From an uncultured Clostridia bacterium (lineage in GTDB: Bacteria; Bacillota; Clostridia; Christensenellales; CAG-917): DNA of 64,000 nt. The stretch is taken from NCBI GenBank assembly GCA_947589475.1, contig CANQBO010000003.1, positions 2,837 to 66,836 of the forward strand. The letters are read 5' to 3'. Both the position numbers and the translations under genes were made by a program. The notes under the pieces are model-generated. The model ran no database searches and was not told the origin of the DNA. It saw only the letters and a program-made list of their open reading frames with translations. Shown here piece by piece: positions 27,536 through 36,588 of this stretch. How positions within the stretch are numbered: position 1 is the stretch's first letter; each line of letters opens with the position of its first letter.

Positions 27536-28530
27536 TTCCCCTCCTCCTTTGGCGCGCCTACAGAGTTGTTTTTGCCCGCTGTTTCGCCGTCCCCGCTTTC
27601 GGACTTGCGTCCCTCGCCGCCGTAGCTTGAGTTTTGAGAGAATATGAGGTCGTCCGAGCCGTCGTTTTGTTTATTGTCCGAACCTTGAGACGAAGTGTTT
27701 TCAGATCCGCTCGCGTCCGAATTTTGAGCGGACATAGAGGAGTCGCGCACGTATTCTCCAACCTCGTCGTCGGCGGACGTATCGTCGGGCATTGTGGCGT
27801 CATACACGGACACTCCCGTCGCGGCGTCCTCGTCGCCTGATAGGGTCGCTGTGATGAAGTTTCCGCGGTATGGCTGAAGAAATACGTCCTCGCCCGCCAC
27901 AAGCAACACCAAAACCTCGTGTTGGCGCATGTTCAGACGGTCAAGCAGGGTGAGCATGCGCTCCTTTGTGACCCCTTCCAGCTTTGAGAGGTTCTCGCCC
28001 AAAAACTCGCCTTCCATTATCACCGTGACGGGGATCTGCGCCTTTGGCAATGATATTCCGACGTCCTCTGCGGAAAGGGGCTTGCTCTGCGACTTCGGGA
28101 GCACGGTGAGCGAGCCGTTTGTCTCGAGTATGGCGTATTCTACGTCGGAGGGGTTGAAATAGCCGCTTCCGCGAAGCGCCTCCATGATGTCGTCGATGTT
28201 CATGTTCAGCTCCTTCATCACGTCGGGCAGGATGTTGCCGTCCTTGATGAGGATGACGGGCTTTCCGTTTAAAAACTTGCGGAAGCGCACGCTCTTTGTC
28301 GCGAGTTTGGTGATGATTATGTGCACGAGGAAGAGCGAGAATACGGGTATTATCCCGTAGATTATGGGTATCGTGGCGTCCGCCATGGGAATGCATACAA
28401 GCTCGCTTGCGACAAGCGTGATGGCAAGCTCAAATGGTTGCAACTCGCCGAGCTGTCGCTTGCCCATAAGCCGCATCGCCAGCAACAGGAAGAAGTAGAG
28501 TATAAGGCATCTCAAAAACAAATTCAGCAT
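27532..28530 (-). CDS. DUF421 (YetF-like) membrane protein with a low-complexity C-terminal tail of about 110 aa
   Basis: LAMRLMGKRQLGELQPFELAITLVASELV... is typical of DUF421. The C-terminal third is rich in S, D, G and E. Confidence 0.8.
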   Translation of the reverse strand: MLNLFLRCLILYFFLLLAMRLMGKRQLGELQPFELAITLVASELVCIPMADATIPIIYGIIPVFSLFLVHIIITKLATKSVRFRKFLNGKPVILIKDGNILPDVMKELNMNIDDIMEALRGSGYFNPSDVEYAILETNGSLTVLPKSQSKPLSAEDVGISLPKAQIPVTVIMEGEFLGENLSKLEGVTKERMLTLLDRLNMRQHEVLVLLVAGEDVFLQPYRGNFITATLSGDEDAATGVSVYDATMPDDTSADDEVGEYVRDSSMSAQNSDASGSENTSSQGSDNKQNDGSDDLIFSQNSSYGGEGRKSESGDGETAGKNNSVGAPKEEGK

Positions 28531-28582
28531 ACAGCTATTTTTGGCAAAATTTTGAAAATTATGTATTTTGGCAATAAGACAT

Positions 28583-28619
28583 AAAAAACGCTCCCTTGCC
28601 GAGGGGCAGGGGAGCGTTT
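28583..28619 (-). terminator. Rho-independent terminator of the giant surface protein gene
   Basis: On the minus strand, AACGCTCCC...GGGAGCGTT is followed by TTTTTT. Confidence 0.7.
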
Positions 28620-28636
28620 GATGTGAGTCGATCTTA

Positions 28637-31600
28637 TCAGTCTTTGTCTTGATCGTAGCGGTCGTGTTTCTCGTCGAGCGTCTGAGCGGTGGACGGCGAG
28701 GCAGGCGACTTCTTGATCTTGGCGGGCTTGTTGGGCGTCGCCTTGCGCACTTTGCGGATGACGAACACTACAAGCACGATGATGATGACAAGTCCGAGCA
28801 CGATGGTCGGGATCATCCACCAGAGGTATTCGAGGTTGAAGGAACTCTTGGGAGTTTCCGTGTTGGTATCAGGCTCGGAAGGAGTGCCGCTTTCGGAAGC
28901 CGCGACTTTACGAGCGAGGTTCGTCTTTGCAAATTCCTTGTCGTAAGCCGAACTTTCGGGATCGAGCTTGTTTTGCACTTCGGTGAATTTATCTTCGCCG
29001 TTCTCGGTGATCTCGTCTATGGAAATCATGTCGAACATCGCATAGCCCGTTGTCAAGCCGTTTGTGACGGACTTGCCGTCGACATCCTTGTTGATGTATT
29101 TGCCCAGCGAGAGCTTTATGGTGACGGACGTCACGTCGTCCTCTTGCGTCTGCACATAGAAGCAATATTCGGTCCACTCGGAAGAGGCGACAGCCTTGAA
29201 TGCAAACTCGTTGCCCGTCTCGTTTGCGGAGCCGAGATAGAGTTCCATATAAGCGCCGATCTCTTTCTCTTTGCGCAATGCTTCGGCTTGTTCTTCGGTT
29301 GTAGCGTCCTTGAAATCGTCGTCGTTTGCGGCGTTGTTGAGGCCGTATGTGCGCATCCAGATGCTGATCTTATACACTTTGTTGCCGCCCTTCAGCGTAT
29401 TGCTTGACGAGGTGTAGGTGTAGGCGCTCTTCGTCGTGTTGTTGATGACAAGCATATACTCGCCGTCTATGGCGCCGTTTTCGCCCGTGAGCTGTCCGAC
29501 GGGGATCCAGTTGTTCCTCTTCAGCTCTTTGACCTTTTCGGCGACGATGAGCTTGCGTACATCATAGTTGCTCACTCCGACCATTCCGTTATGATTTGCC
29601 CTATACTCGTTCAACTCGTCCACGGAGACGGTGATGTCGCTGTCGTCCTCGCTGTATTCTTTGCCGAGGAGCTTTGCATATTGAGTGTCCTCGCCTTCGA
29701 TCTCGTTCCTTTCAAAGTAGTTGTCGTTGCCGGTGTAGATGATGCCGCTCTTCGTGTTGGCGGAGGATTGATTTGTTCCCGCAGAGCCTGTCCAGCCGCC
29801 GGGGGAAGTGAGCGTCCTGCGGGACTCGACGGAGCCTGAGAGCGGGTCGAAACTTTCGACGTTGAAGTCAAGCTCGTTGATATGTGTGTATCCCGCGTCC
29901 TTCTCCTGTTGCAGAGCCTCGTCATACTTGTCCTCGTCGTCTAAGGTGTACGAGGAGATGTTGTCAAAGAACACGTGACCCGCGGATTTCACCTCTTCGG
30001 CTTTTTTATCATAGTCGGGATCGTCCTTGTCCGCGATGTATTGTATGTCGTCGCCCAGCCACAGGTTGAGTTTCAAAGATACGCTGTTCTTGCCGACCTT
30101 GATGAAGAATGTATACTTTGTCCAGCCATCGTTTGAGGTGACTTCGAAGTGGTTCGCTTCTTTGTTGTTGCCGGAGCTTGAAGCCTCGCCCGTAAGACGT
30201 ATCGTCGCCTTTGTGTCGCCGTAAGTCTTCGCGTAAACGGAGAGTACATTGTAGGAATTTGCGGACAGAGTGAAGCTCTTTGACGTAAAGCCTATGGCAA
30301 ACTTCTCGGACGACTTGCTGCCTATCGCAAGGACGTTGGGACCCGCAATGGCTTTCATATTGTTTTCGGAGTAGTAGGATTCCGTATTCGCCTTGTCGCC
30401 GTAGAAGCTGTTGAAGAATTCGGCGCCTATGCCCGTTGCGGTCTCGGCTTGATGAGAGGAGGAGAAGAAGAAGTTTTCGGGGATCGTCTCGTCCGCTTTA
30501 GGCTCATCCTCGTTGAGTTGGATGATGCCCGCATAGAGGTTTTTGTCCGTCTTGTTCTTCTCGATTGTCTCGTCGCTGATGTCCCAGCTTTCGGGAGTAG
30601 CGGGCACATCTTGATCGTACAGGTGGTTTATATCGGCGTTGAGGTTTTCGTCGTCGAGGTCGTAGTTGTCAAAGCTGCCGTTTGTGAACTGATAGGAGTA
30701 GGCGGTCGAGAGGTCGCAGGTCTTTGTGTATGTGGATGAGGATGTGCCCGTGTAGTTTGCGTAGGTCAGATCCGCCATGTTGAAGTTTGCCACATACAGC
30801 GCGCCGCTCGTAAGGGTCGTCGTCGTAAAGCGGGTGCCCGTGCCGAGCGTGAACTTGATCGCGATTTTCGTATCTTCCTTGACCGCGCCGCGGAATACGA
30901 GGTTTATCTCTACCCAATCGTTGAGATATTCGTCATAGTCGTCCGTGTTTATGCGGGTGATAGAGGTGAGGATGACTTCGTCGTCCTTACCGTTTTTCTC
31001 CTTGTTTTCCGCTTGAGCGGTCTTGTTCAGCACATAGACGTACGCGCCGCTGGTATCCTTAACGTCCACTGTCTTGAGCCAGAAGGACACGCGGTAGAAC
31101 CTGTTCGCATCTATAGTGATAGGAGCGGTTTCCACTTCATAGTAGCTGTCTTGAGAAGCGTACATAGCATACGCTTTTTTCACGGGCATATCGTAGGGCA
31201 GGCCGGGATATGTGCCGATTTCCGACGTGAACGTATTCTTGTCCGAGATGTCGACGACGCCTTCTTTCACATAATCGTTGATGTAAGGAGCATTGTCATT
31301 CAACTCATAGTGGCTCGTCCAATCTTTGGGCGCGCCTTCGCCGACGGATTGTACGGCTTCATTTGTGGCCTTATTTGCGGGATCCAAAAACTTTTTGATT
31401 TGATTTTTGTTTTGGTCCGCCAAATCCACGATCGCGCCGACGAAATTTGTTTCTCCGAAAACATCTTGATCTATCTGTTCGGATACATTGAGTTTGTTGT
31501 TTTCGTCGACTTTCTTGATTGTATTGTTTTCTTCGGAAGGAATGGTGAAGCCCTCTTTGAGAGTCAGCTCGTCGATAAACACCCAGCCCGTCGAGAACGT

Positions 31601-33307
31601 GCCGTTTGCGTCATATGTCGTGGAGTCGGAGTTTTGAGAGAAGTTGTGATAGGTCACGGCATGGTTGCTTTCCGTGCCGTCCGTGCCCAGCCATATCGTA
31701 AGATTGTAGCTGTAGTCCTTATAATCGTTGCCGTGGATGTAGAAGGTGTAGTCCTTCCAACCCGTGGCGGTACCGCTTGTGTCATTGTCTTCCGTATAGC
31801 CGTTTGCGACGTCGGTAAAAACACGACTGCCGAGGAATACGCTGTCACTCTTGTTTTGAGCGATGCCCTCGATCACTATGTCTTTGCCGTCCGCGCCCGA
31901 GAGAATAAGGGAAACGCCCGCGCCTCTTATGAAGGCGGCATACATGCTTATCGTAAGCGCATAGTCCTTGCCTTTTTCAATGGTAATGGTGCGTGAGGAG
32001 CGGATGCCTTGCGCCGTCATGAGCTGTTGCGAAAGCATGAACACGTTTTTGCCCACACGCCCCGTATAATCGTTTATTTTGTTATTTCCTTCAAGCAGAC
32101 CGCTCAGAATATTTGCGGGGGTGTAGAGAGAAGAATCCGTGTCGCCCGCGCCCGTCTTTGTCCTGTAGCTCGAGGAATATTTGGTGTAATTTTCGGCAAA
32201 CTTCGACGTGTCGACGATGGCGTTGTAGCCGAGGCCCGTAGGAGCGGGATTTTCTTTGCCGCTGTTGCCCGTCACGTGCGTCCAGGAGTTGGGTACACCC
32301 GAAGAGGAAAGATTGTATGAACCGAAATCAAAGCGTCCGTTGGGCACTTTGAGCGTCGTTGTGGCGACTGCGTCGACGGATGTCTTGTCCTCCGCCGCGT
32401 CGAATTTCTTTTCCGCAGTCAAAGCCTTTGTAAATTCCGCCTGAGGATCCGCGACCTTGAGGTTGGCGACGTCGTCGTCCTTTATGTCCTCATTGTCCGC
32501 CTCTTTCACAAGTCTTTTGAGGGAGAGGTTGTCAAAAAACACGTAGCCCGACGTGAGACCGTCCGAATAGGACGCGGTGTACTTGCCGAGACCGAGTTGC
32601 ACGGTGAGGCTTGTTGAGGATGTGGGCGATGTCTCGATGTAGATCGTGTATGTTTTCCACTCGCCTTTGGTGTCTATCCCCGCAAACTCCGCGTAGGTGT
32701 TGGAGCTGACATATATGCGCGCGCCGGGTTCGGACCCGTTTACTTGCTTGCCTTCTTCGTCGAGTACGCCCGCGATGTCATAGGTCAAGACGTCCACGCT
32801 GAGCCGATAATAAGAGCCTTTTGACAGCGTGAAGCTTGCAGATGTATAACCGTATGCGGTGGGACCGTGCTGATCCTTGTCGTCGGCGTCTTTGGACAAC
32901 TTCGGCTGATAGATCATAAGGACGTTTTTGATCTCGTCATTGTCGTCGCCGTGTCCGCCCGTCGTGAGTTTTGATTTGAGTTCTTCGTTTTCGTCGTCCC
33001 ATGCCTTCTTGTTTGCGCCGTAGAGGTCGCCGTCAAGACTTATCGCGCCCGCGATAACGTCGTCGCGGAAGGAGCTTGACGAGTACATCTTAGACCCCGA
33101 CCAATTGTTCAACGAGCGGGGATAGGACGTCGCGACGTCATTCACCATCTTGAAATCGCCGTTTTGGATGAGCAGACCCTCGGTAGGCTCGAGTTCTTCG
33201 GGTTCTTCGGGGGCGTTTGCGGGATCGCAAGCGTAAAGCAGGCATGACGTCAGCATGACGATCACAACGAGTAAGAGTGATAAAACTACAGTTTTCTTCT
33301 TGTTCAT
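28637..33307 (-). CDS. 1556-aa surface protein with an N-terminal lipoprotein-type signal, five CBM4/9-like beta-sandwich modules and a C-terminal TM anchor
   Basis: The signal MNKKKTVVLSLLLVVIVMLTSCLLYAC has lipobox-like LTSC and LYAC. A module motif recurs five times: NGxF..., Y(R/A/K)(L/V/I)S(V/F/I)..., W(T/K)xYTF(Y/F)I..., L(T/K)(V/L/I)xLGxG... and G(Y/W/H)VFFDN(L/I)S(L/S), ending near aa 265, 585, 850, 1125 and 1435. The C-terminus is LWWMIPTIVLGLVIIIVLVVFVIRKVRK. Confidence 0.85.
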   Translation of the reverse strand: MNKKKTVVLSLLLVVIVMLTSCLLYACDPANAPEEPEELEPTEGLLIQNGDFKMVNDVATSYPRSLNNWSGSKMYSSSSFRDDVIAGAISLDGDLYGANKKAWDDENEELKSKLTTGGHGDDNDEIKNVLMIYQPKLSKDADDKDQHGPTAYGYTSASFTLSKGSYYRLSVDVLTYDIAGVLDEEGKQVNGSEPGARIYVSSNTYAEFAGIDTKGEWKTYTIYIETSPTSSTSLTVQLGLGKYTASYSDGLTSGYVFFDNLSLKRLVKEADNEDIKDDDVANLKVADPQAEFTKALTAEKKFDAAEDKTSVDAVATTTLKVPNGRFDFGSYNLSSSGVPNSWTHVTGNSGKENPAPTGLGYNAIVDTSKFAENYTKYSSSYRTKTGAGDTDSSLYTPANILSGLLEGNNKINDYTGRVGKNVFMLSQQLMTAQGIRSSRTITIEKGKDYALTISMYAAFIRGAGVSLILSGADGKDIVIEGIAQNKSDSVFLGSRVFTDVANGYTEDNDTSGTATGWKDYTFYIHGNDYKDYSYNLTIWLGTDGTESNHAVTYHNFSQNSDSTTYDANGTFSTGWVFIDELTLKEGFTIPSEENNTIKKVDENNKLNVSEQIDQDVFGETNFVGAIVDLADQNKNQIKKFLDPANKATNEAVQSVGEGAPKDWTSHYELNDNAPYINDYVKEGVVDISDKNTFTSEIGTYPGLPYDMPVKKAYAMYASQDSYYEVETAPITIDANRFYRVSFWLKTVDVKDTSGAYVYVLNKTAQAENKEKNGKDDEVILTSITRINTDDYDEYLNDWVEINLVFRGAVKEDTKIAIKFTLGTGTRFTTTTLTSGALYVANFNMADLTYANYTGTSSSTYTKTCDLSTAYSYQFTNGSFDNYDLDDENLNADINHLYDQDVPATPESWDISDETIEKNKTDKNLYAGIIQLNEDEPKADETIPENFFFSSSHQAETATGIGAEFFNSFYGDKANTESYYSENNMKAIAGPNVLAIGSKSSEKFAIGFTSKSFTLSANSYNVLSVYAKTYGDTKATIRLTGEASSSGNNKEANHFEVTSNDGWTKYTFFIKVGKNSVSLKLNLWLGDDIQYIADKDDPDYDKKAEEVKSAGHVFFDNISSYTLDDEDKYDEALQQEKDAGYTHINELDFNVESFDPLSGSVESRRTLTSPGGWTGSAGTNQSSANTKSGIIYTGNDNYFERNEIEGEDTQYAKLLGKEYSEDDSDITVSVDELNEYRANHNGMVGVSNYDVRKLIVAEKVKELKRNNWIPVGQLTGENGAIDGEYMLVINNTTKSAYTYTSSSNTLKGGNKVYKISIWMRTYGLNNAANDDDFKDATTEEQAEALRKEKEIGAYMELYLGSANETGNEFAFKAVASSEWTEYCFYVQTQEDDVTSVTIKLSLGKYINKDVDGKSVTNGLTTGYAMFDMISIDEITENGEDKFTEVQNKLDPESSAYDKEFAKTNLARKVAASESGTPSEPDTNTETPKSSFNLEYLWWMIPTIVLGLVIIIVLVVFVIRKVRKATPNKPAKIKKSPASPSTAQTLDEKHDRYDQDKD

Positions 33308-33469
33308 ACCAAACCTATTAAGTTTCTTCGGGGAGGGAACCCCGTTTTTTGCCGAATTTCATACACGTATGCGCTCGCGCAAAGGCGTATGATTTGTTAT
33401 TCTAATACAAAACAAAATTTTTTGCAATCAAAAAACATACTTTCCGCAAAAATTATAAAACTATTAAAA

Positions 33470-33904
33470 ATGAGTGCGTTTTTCATACCGAAATCAATAA
33501 TTGCCGAAGGCGCCCGCAAATATTCCGCGCCTTCCAAAGCGAGCCGCATAAAAAGGGAGGCGCTCGCCGCCGTCGTCGGCATGCTTCTCGGGGGCGTAAA
33601 CGGCATATTCGGCGCGGGCGGAGGGATGCTTGCCGTCCCCGCTCTCACATTTATCCTCGGCTATGACGACAAGAGCGCGCACGCGGCGGCTATAGCGCTC
33701 ATACTGCCCCTGTGCGCGATGAGCGTCATCGTGTATTCCGTCAAAGCGAGCTTCGATATGTCCGTAGTCCTGCCGACGTCCATAGGCGTGTTTATAGGCG
33801 GTCTCATCGGCGCGCTTCTTCTGAAGAAGATACCCGCGCAGTGGCTGTCGTTTGTGTTTTACGGACTGATGCTGTTTTCGGGGATAAAGATGATAATGGG
33901 GTAA
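33470..33904 (+). CDS. TauE/SafE-family anion exporter, first half-size subunit
   Basis: GMLLGGVNGIFGAGGGMLAVPALTF and four hydrophobic segments. The start is uncertain because there is no clear SD sequence. Confidence 0.7.
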   Translation: MSAFFIPKSIIAEGARKYSAPSKASRIKREALAAVVGMLLGGVNGIFGAGGGMLAVPALTFILGYDDKSAHAAAIALILPLCAMSVIVYSVKASFDMSVVLPTSIGVFIGGLIGALLLKKIPAQWLSFVFYGLMLFSGIKMIMG

Positions 33905-33944
33905 AACAGACATTCTAATCGAGTAAATTTGGGGAAATCATAAA

Positions 33945-34313
33945 ATGGAAGTTGTCTTTTACATCATAGCGGGGCTGGCGGGCGGAGTGCTTGCGGGCAT
34001 GGGTATGGGCGGCGGCACGCTCACTCTCCCCATACTTGTGCTCGCGCTCGGAGTGCCTCAACTCACGGCGCAGTATGCAAATCTGCTCGCATTTTTGCCC
34101 TCGGGAGCGGGCGCCCTCTTCGTGCATGCGAAAAACGGTCTGTTGCGTACGGACGGTATCCTCAAGATGCTCGTCCCCGCGCTTTTGTCCTCCGCGCTCA
34201 CGGCATATCTCGCGGTGGGGATGGACGGAACACTGCTCAAAAAGCTTTTCGGAGGCTTCCTTACGGCGGTGGCTTTGGCGTCGCTTTTTGCAAAAAGCTT
34301 AAAAAAATGTTGA
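33945..34313 (+). CDS. TauE/SafE-family anion exporter, second half-size subunit
   Basis: GLAGGVLAGMGMGGGTLTLPILVLALG and four hydrophobic segments. It is adjacent to and co-oriented with the first half. Confidence 0.7.
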   Translation: MEVVFYIIAGLAGGVLAGMGMGGGTLTLPILVLALGVPQLTAQYANLLAFLPSGAGALFVHAKNGLLRTDGILKMLVPALLSSALTAYLAVGMDGTLLKKLFGGFLTAVALASLFAKSLKKC

Positions 34314-34474
34314 GAAAAAACCGAAAATTGGGTATTTACAACAGTTTGTTTATCAGTTATAATCTATGTACGGAATATTCGGGCGGCGCGCGCTCAGGCG
34401 CGTGCGTAGTTCCTCAAACTCCGTGTACATCTTGCATCGAAAGGGCTTTATGCCCTCATCTTTAGGAGAGAGAT

Positions 34475-35995
34475 ATGGAAAAAATCGCAATTATCGACCT
34501 TGGGTCAAACTCCGCGAGACTTGTGCTGGTAAACGTGCTTGACGGCGGCTACTTCGTCGTCTTTGACGAGCTTAAGGAAACGGTGCGGCTCGGACAGGAC
34601 ATGGATTGGGACGGCTTCATCAAGCCACAGCGTATCGCGCAGACGATAAAGACTCTGACCATGTTCAGGCGACTCTGCGACGCAAATCAGGTTGACAAGA
34701 TCTTTGCATATGCGACGGCGGCGGTGCGCCGCGCCAAAAACCAGAAGAGTTTCCTCGACGAAGTCGCGATGACCTGCGGAATAAAGATAAAGGTGCTCAG
34801 CGTGGAGGAGCAAGCGATGCTCGTCTACCAGGGCGTCATCAACTCCATGGATATTCCCAAAGGTCTGATTATGGAAATGGGGGGCGGTTCTACAAACCTC
34901 ATCTACTACAATCGTCGCAATCTCATCAACTATGAGACTCTGCCTTTCGGGGCGGTGACGCTCACCGACCTCTTCAGATCGGACGGTTCCGCGCCTCAGG
35001 AAAGGGCGGCGAAGATAGAGGAATTCATCGGCGAACAGTTGGGCAAGATCTCCTGGCTGGACAGTGTGGAGCCTGACACCGCGCTCGTGGGCGTGGGAGG
35101 CAGTTTCCGCAATTTGGGCAGGATAAGCAGGCTTATACGCAAATACCCCTTCAACATGACGCACAACTACGAGCTTAGCACGACGGAGTTTGAAAACATC
35201 TACAACACCATAAAGAAGCTCGACCTCGACAGCACCATGAAGATTAAGGGGCTTTCGAGCGGCAGGGCGGACATCTTCCCCAGCGCGCTTGCCGTCATGA
35301 AGGCGGTGCTCAATCGCTTCGACTTTACGAAGATCACGATAAGCGGATGCGGCTTGAGAGAGGGCGCGATGTTCCGCTATGCTGTGCCGAGCATAGTCGA
35401 CAGACCTTTGAGCGACGTTTTGGGACACTCCATCTACACGCAGATGAAGTATTTCGACATCAACATCCCTCATGCGGAGCACGTATATCAGTTGAGCGTA
35501 CAACTCTTCAAACAGCTCAAGGTGTTGCACAAGATGCCCCGCGCGTATGTCAAGGTGCTCAAAATTGCCGCGCTTCTTCACGACAGCGGCATGCGCATAA
35601 AGTATTACAATCATCAACTGCACTCTCAGTACATCATACTCAACTCCAACCTCTACGGAGTGTCGCACAAGGACATCGTGCTTGCGTCCTTCGTCGCCGT
35701 GGGGCACAGGAAGGCGGAGTTCAATCGCGACGACCTGCTCAAGTATAAGGATATGATCACGGCGGACGACGCGGAAGCTATAAAGAAGCTCAGCGTCATT
35801 TTGCGCATTGCCGAGAGCTTCGATCGTTCGCAGAGCGGAGTCGTCAAAAACATCAATTGCGACGTGCTCGGCGACAGCGTAATCGTCAAGACGGAGGTGG
35901 AGTACGGCTCGGATTGCTCGCTGGAGATAAAGGACGCGATGAGCGCGGCGGGCGATTTCAAGATGGCGTACGGCAAAAACCTCGAAATACTGTGA
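34475..35995 (+). CDS. ppx: Ppx/GppA-family exopolyphosphatase with C-terminal HD domain
   Basis: IAIIDLGSNSARLVL, EMGGGSTNL and ALLHDSG (HD). Confidence 0.9.
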   Translation: MEKIAIIDLGSNSARLVLVNVLDGGYFVVFDELKETVRLGQDMDWDGFIKPQRIAQTIKTLTMFRRLCDANQVDKIFAYATAAVRRAKNQKSFLDEVAMTCGIKIKVLSVEEQAMLVYQGVINSMDIPKGLIMEMGGGSTNLIYYNRRNLINYETLPFGAVTLTDLFRSDGSAPQERAAKIEEFIGEQLGKISWLDSVEPDTALVGVGGSFRNLGRISRLIRKYPFNMTHNYELSTTEFENIYNTIKKLDLDSTMKIKGLSSGRADIFPSALAVMKAVLNRFDFTKITISGCGLREGAMFRYAVPSIVDRPLSDVLGHSIYTQMKYFDINIPHAEHVYQLSVQLFKQLKVLHKMPRAYVKVLKIAALLHDSGMRIKYYNHQLHSQYIILNSNLYGVSHKDIVLASFVAVGHRKAEFNRDDLLKYKDMITADDAEAIKKLSVILRIAESFDRSQSGVVKNINCDVLGDSVIVKTEVEYGSDCSLEIKDAMSAAGDFKMAYGKNLEIL

Positions 35996-36588
35996 TGAGC
36001 GGAAAGTATTTGCAAAGGGCGGACATAGTGCTTGCTTCCGCGTCTCCCCGCAGGAAGGAATTGCTTGAAAGCCTCGGCTTGAAATTCGACGTAATTCCCG
36101 CGGATATAGACGAGGACATACATATATCTCGTCCCGCGACTCTCGTGAAGGAGCTGTCCGCAAGGAAGGCGGAGGGCGTGAAGGCGGAGGACGCGTGCGT
36201 CATAGGAAGCGACACCGTCGTCTACCGCCGCGGCAAGCTGTACGGCAAACCGCATACGGAGCGGAATGCAATGGCAATGCTCGGCGAGCTTCAAGGCAAA
36301 TGGCACACCGTCTATACGGGCGTCACGGTGTTGTATGAGGGGAAGAAATATACTTTCTGCGTACGGTCGCGCGTAAAATTCAAGCGCATGAGCGAGGCGG
36401 ACGTCGCCCGTTACGTGAGTGAAAAAAAGCCTCTCGACAAGGCGGGAGCCTACGGGATACAGGACGGCGAAGTCGTCGAGGGATACAGGGGAAGTTATTC
36501 CAACATTGTGGGGTTGCCCCTCGAAAGGCTTACAAAAATAATGGAAAGGATAGGAGCTGTATATGTCGACAGTCGACCTCTCAATTGA
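35995..36588 (+). CDS. maf: Maf-family nucleoside-triphosphate pyrophosphatase (septum formation protein)
   Basis: The start overlaps the ppx stop (TGATG). Motifs: IVLASASPRRKELLESLGL and DKAGAYGIQ. Confidence 0.9.
   Translation: MSGKYLQRADIVLASASPRRKELLESLGLKFDVIPADIDEDIHISRPATLVKELSARKAEGVKAEDACVIGSDTVVYRRGKLYGKPHTERNAMAMLGELQGKWHTVYTGVTVLYEGKKYTFCVRSRVKFKRMSEADVARYVSEKKPLDKAGAYGIQDGEVVEGYRGSYSNIVGLPLERLTKIMERIGAVYVDSRPLN

Noticed and set aside
34505-36163. 552-aa ORF on the minus strand
   Set aside because: It is entirely antisense to ppx and maf, both of which have clear family motifs. Its translation is Arg/His/Val/Ala-rich with no motifs, RBS or sensible start context. This is a typical shadow ORF of GC-rich codon usage.
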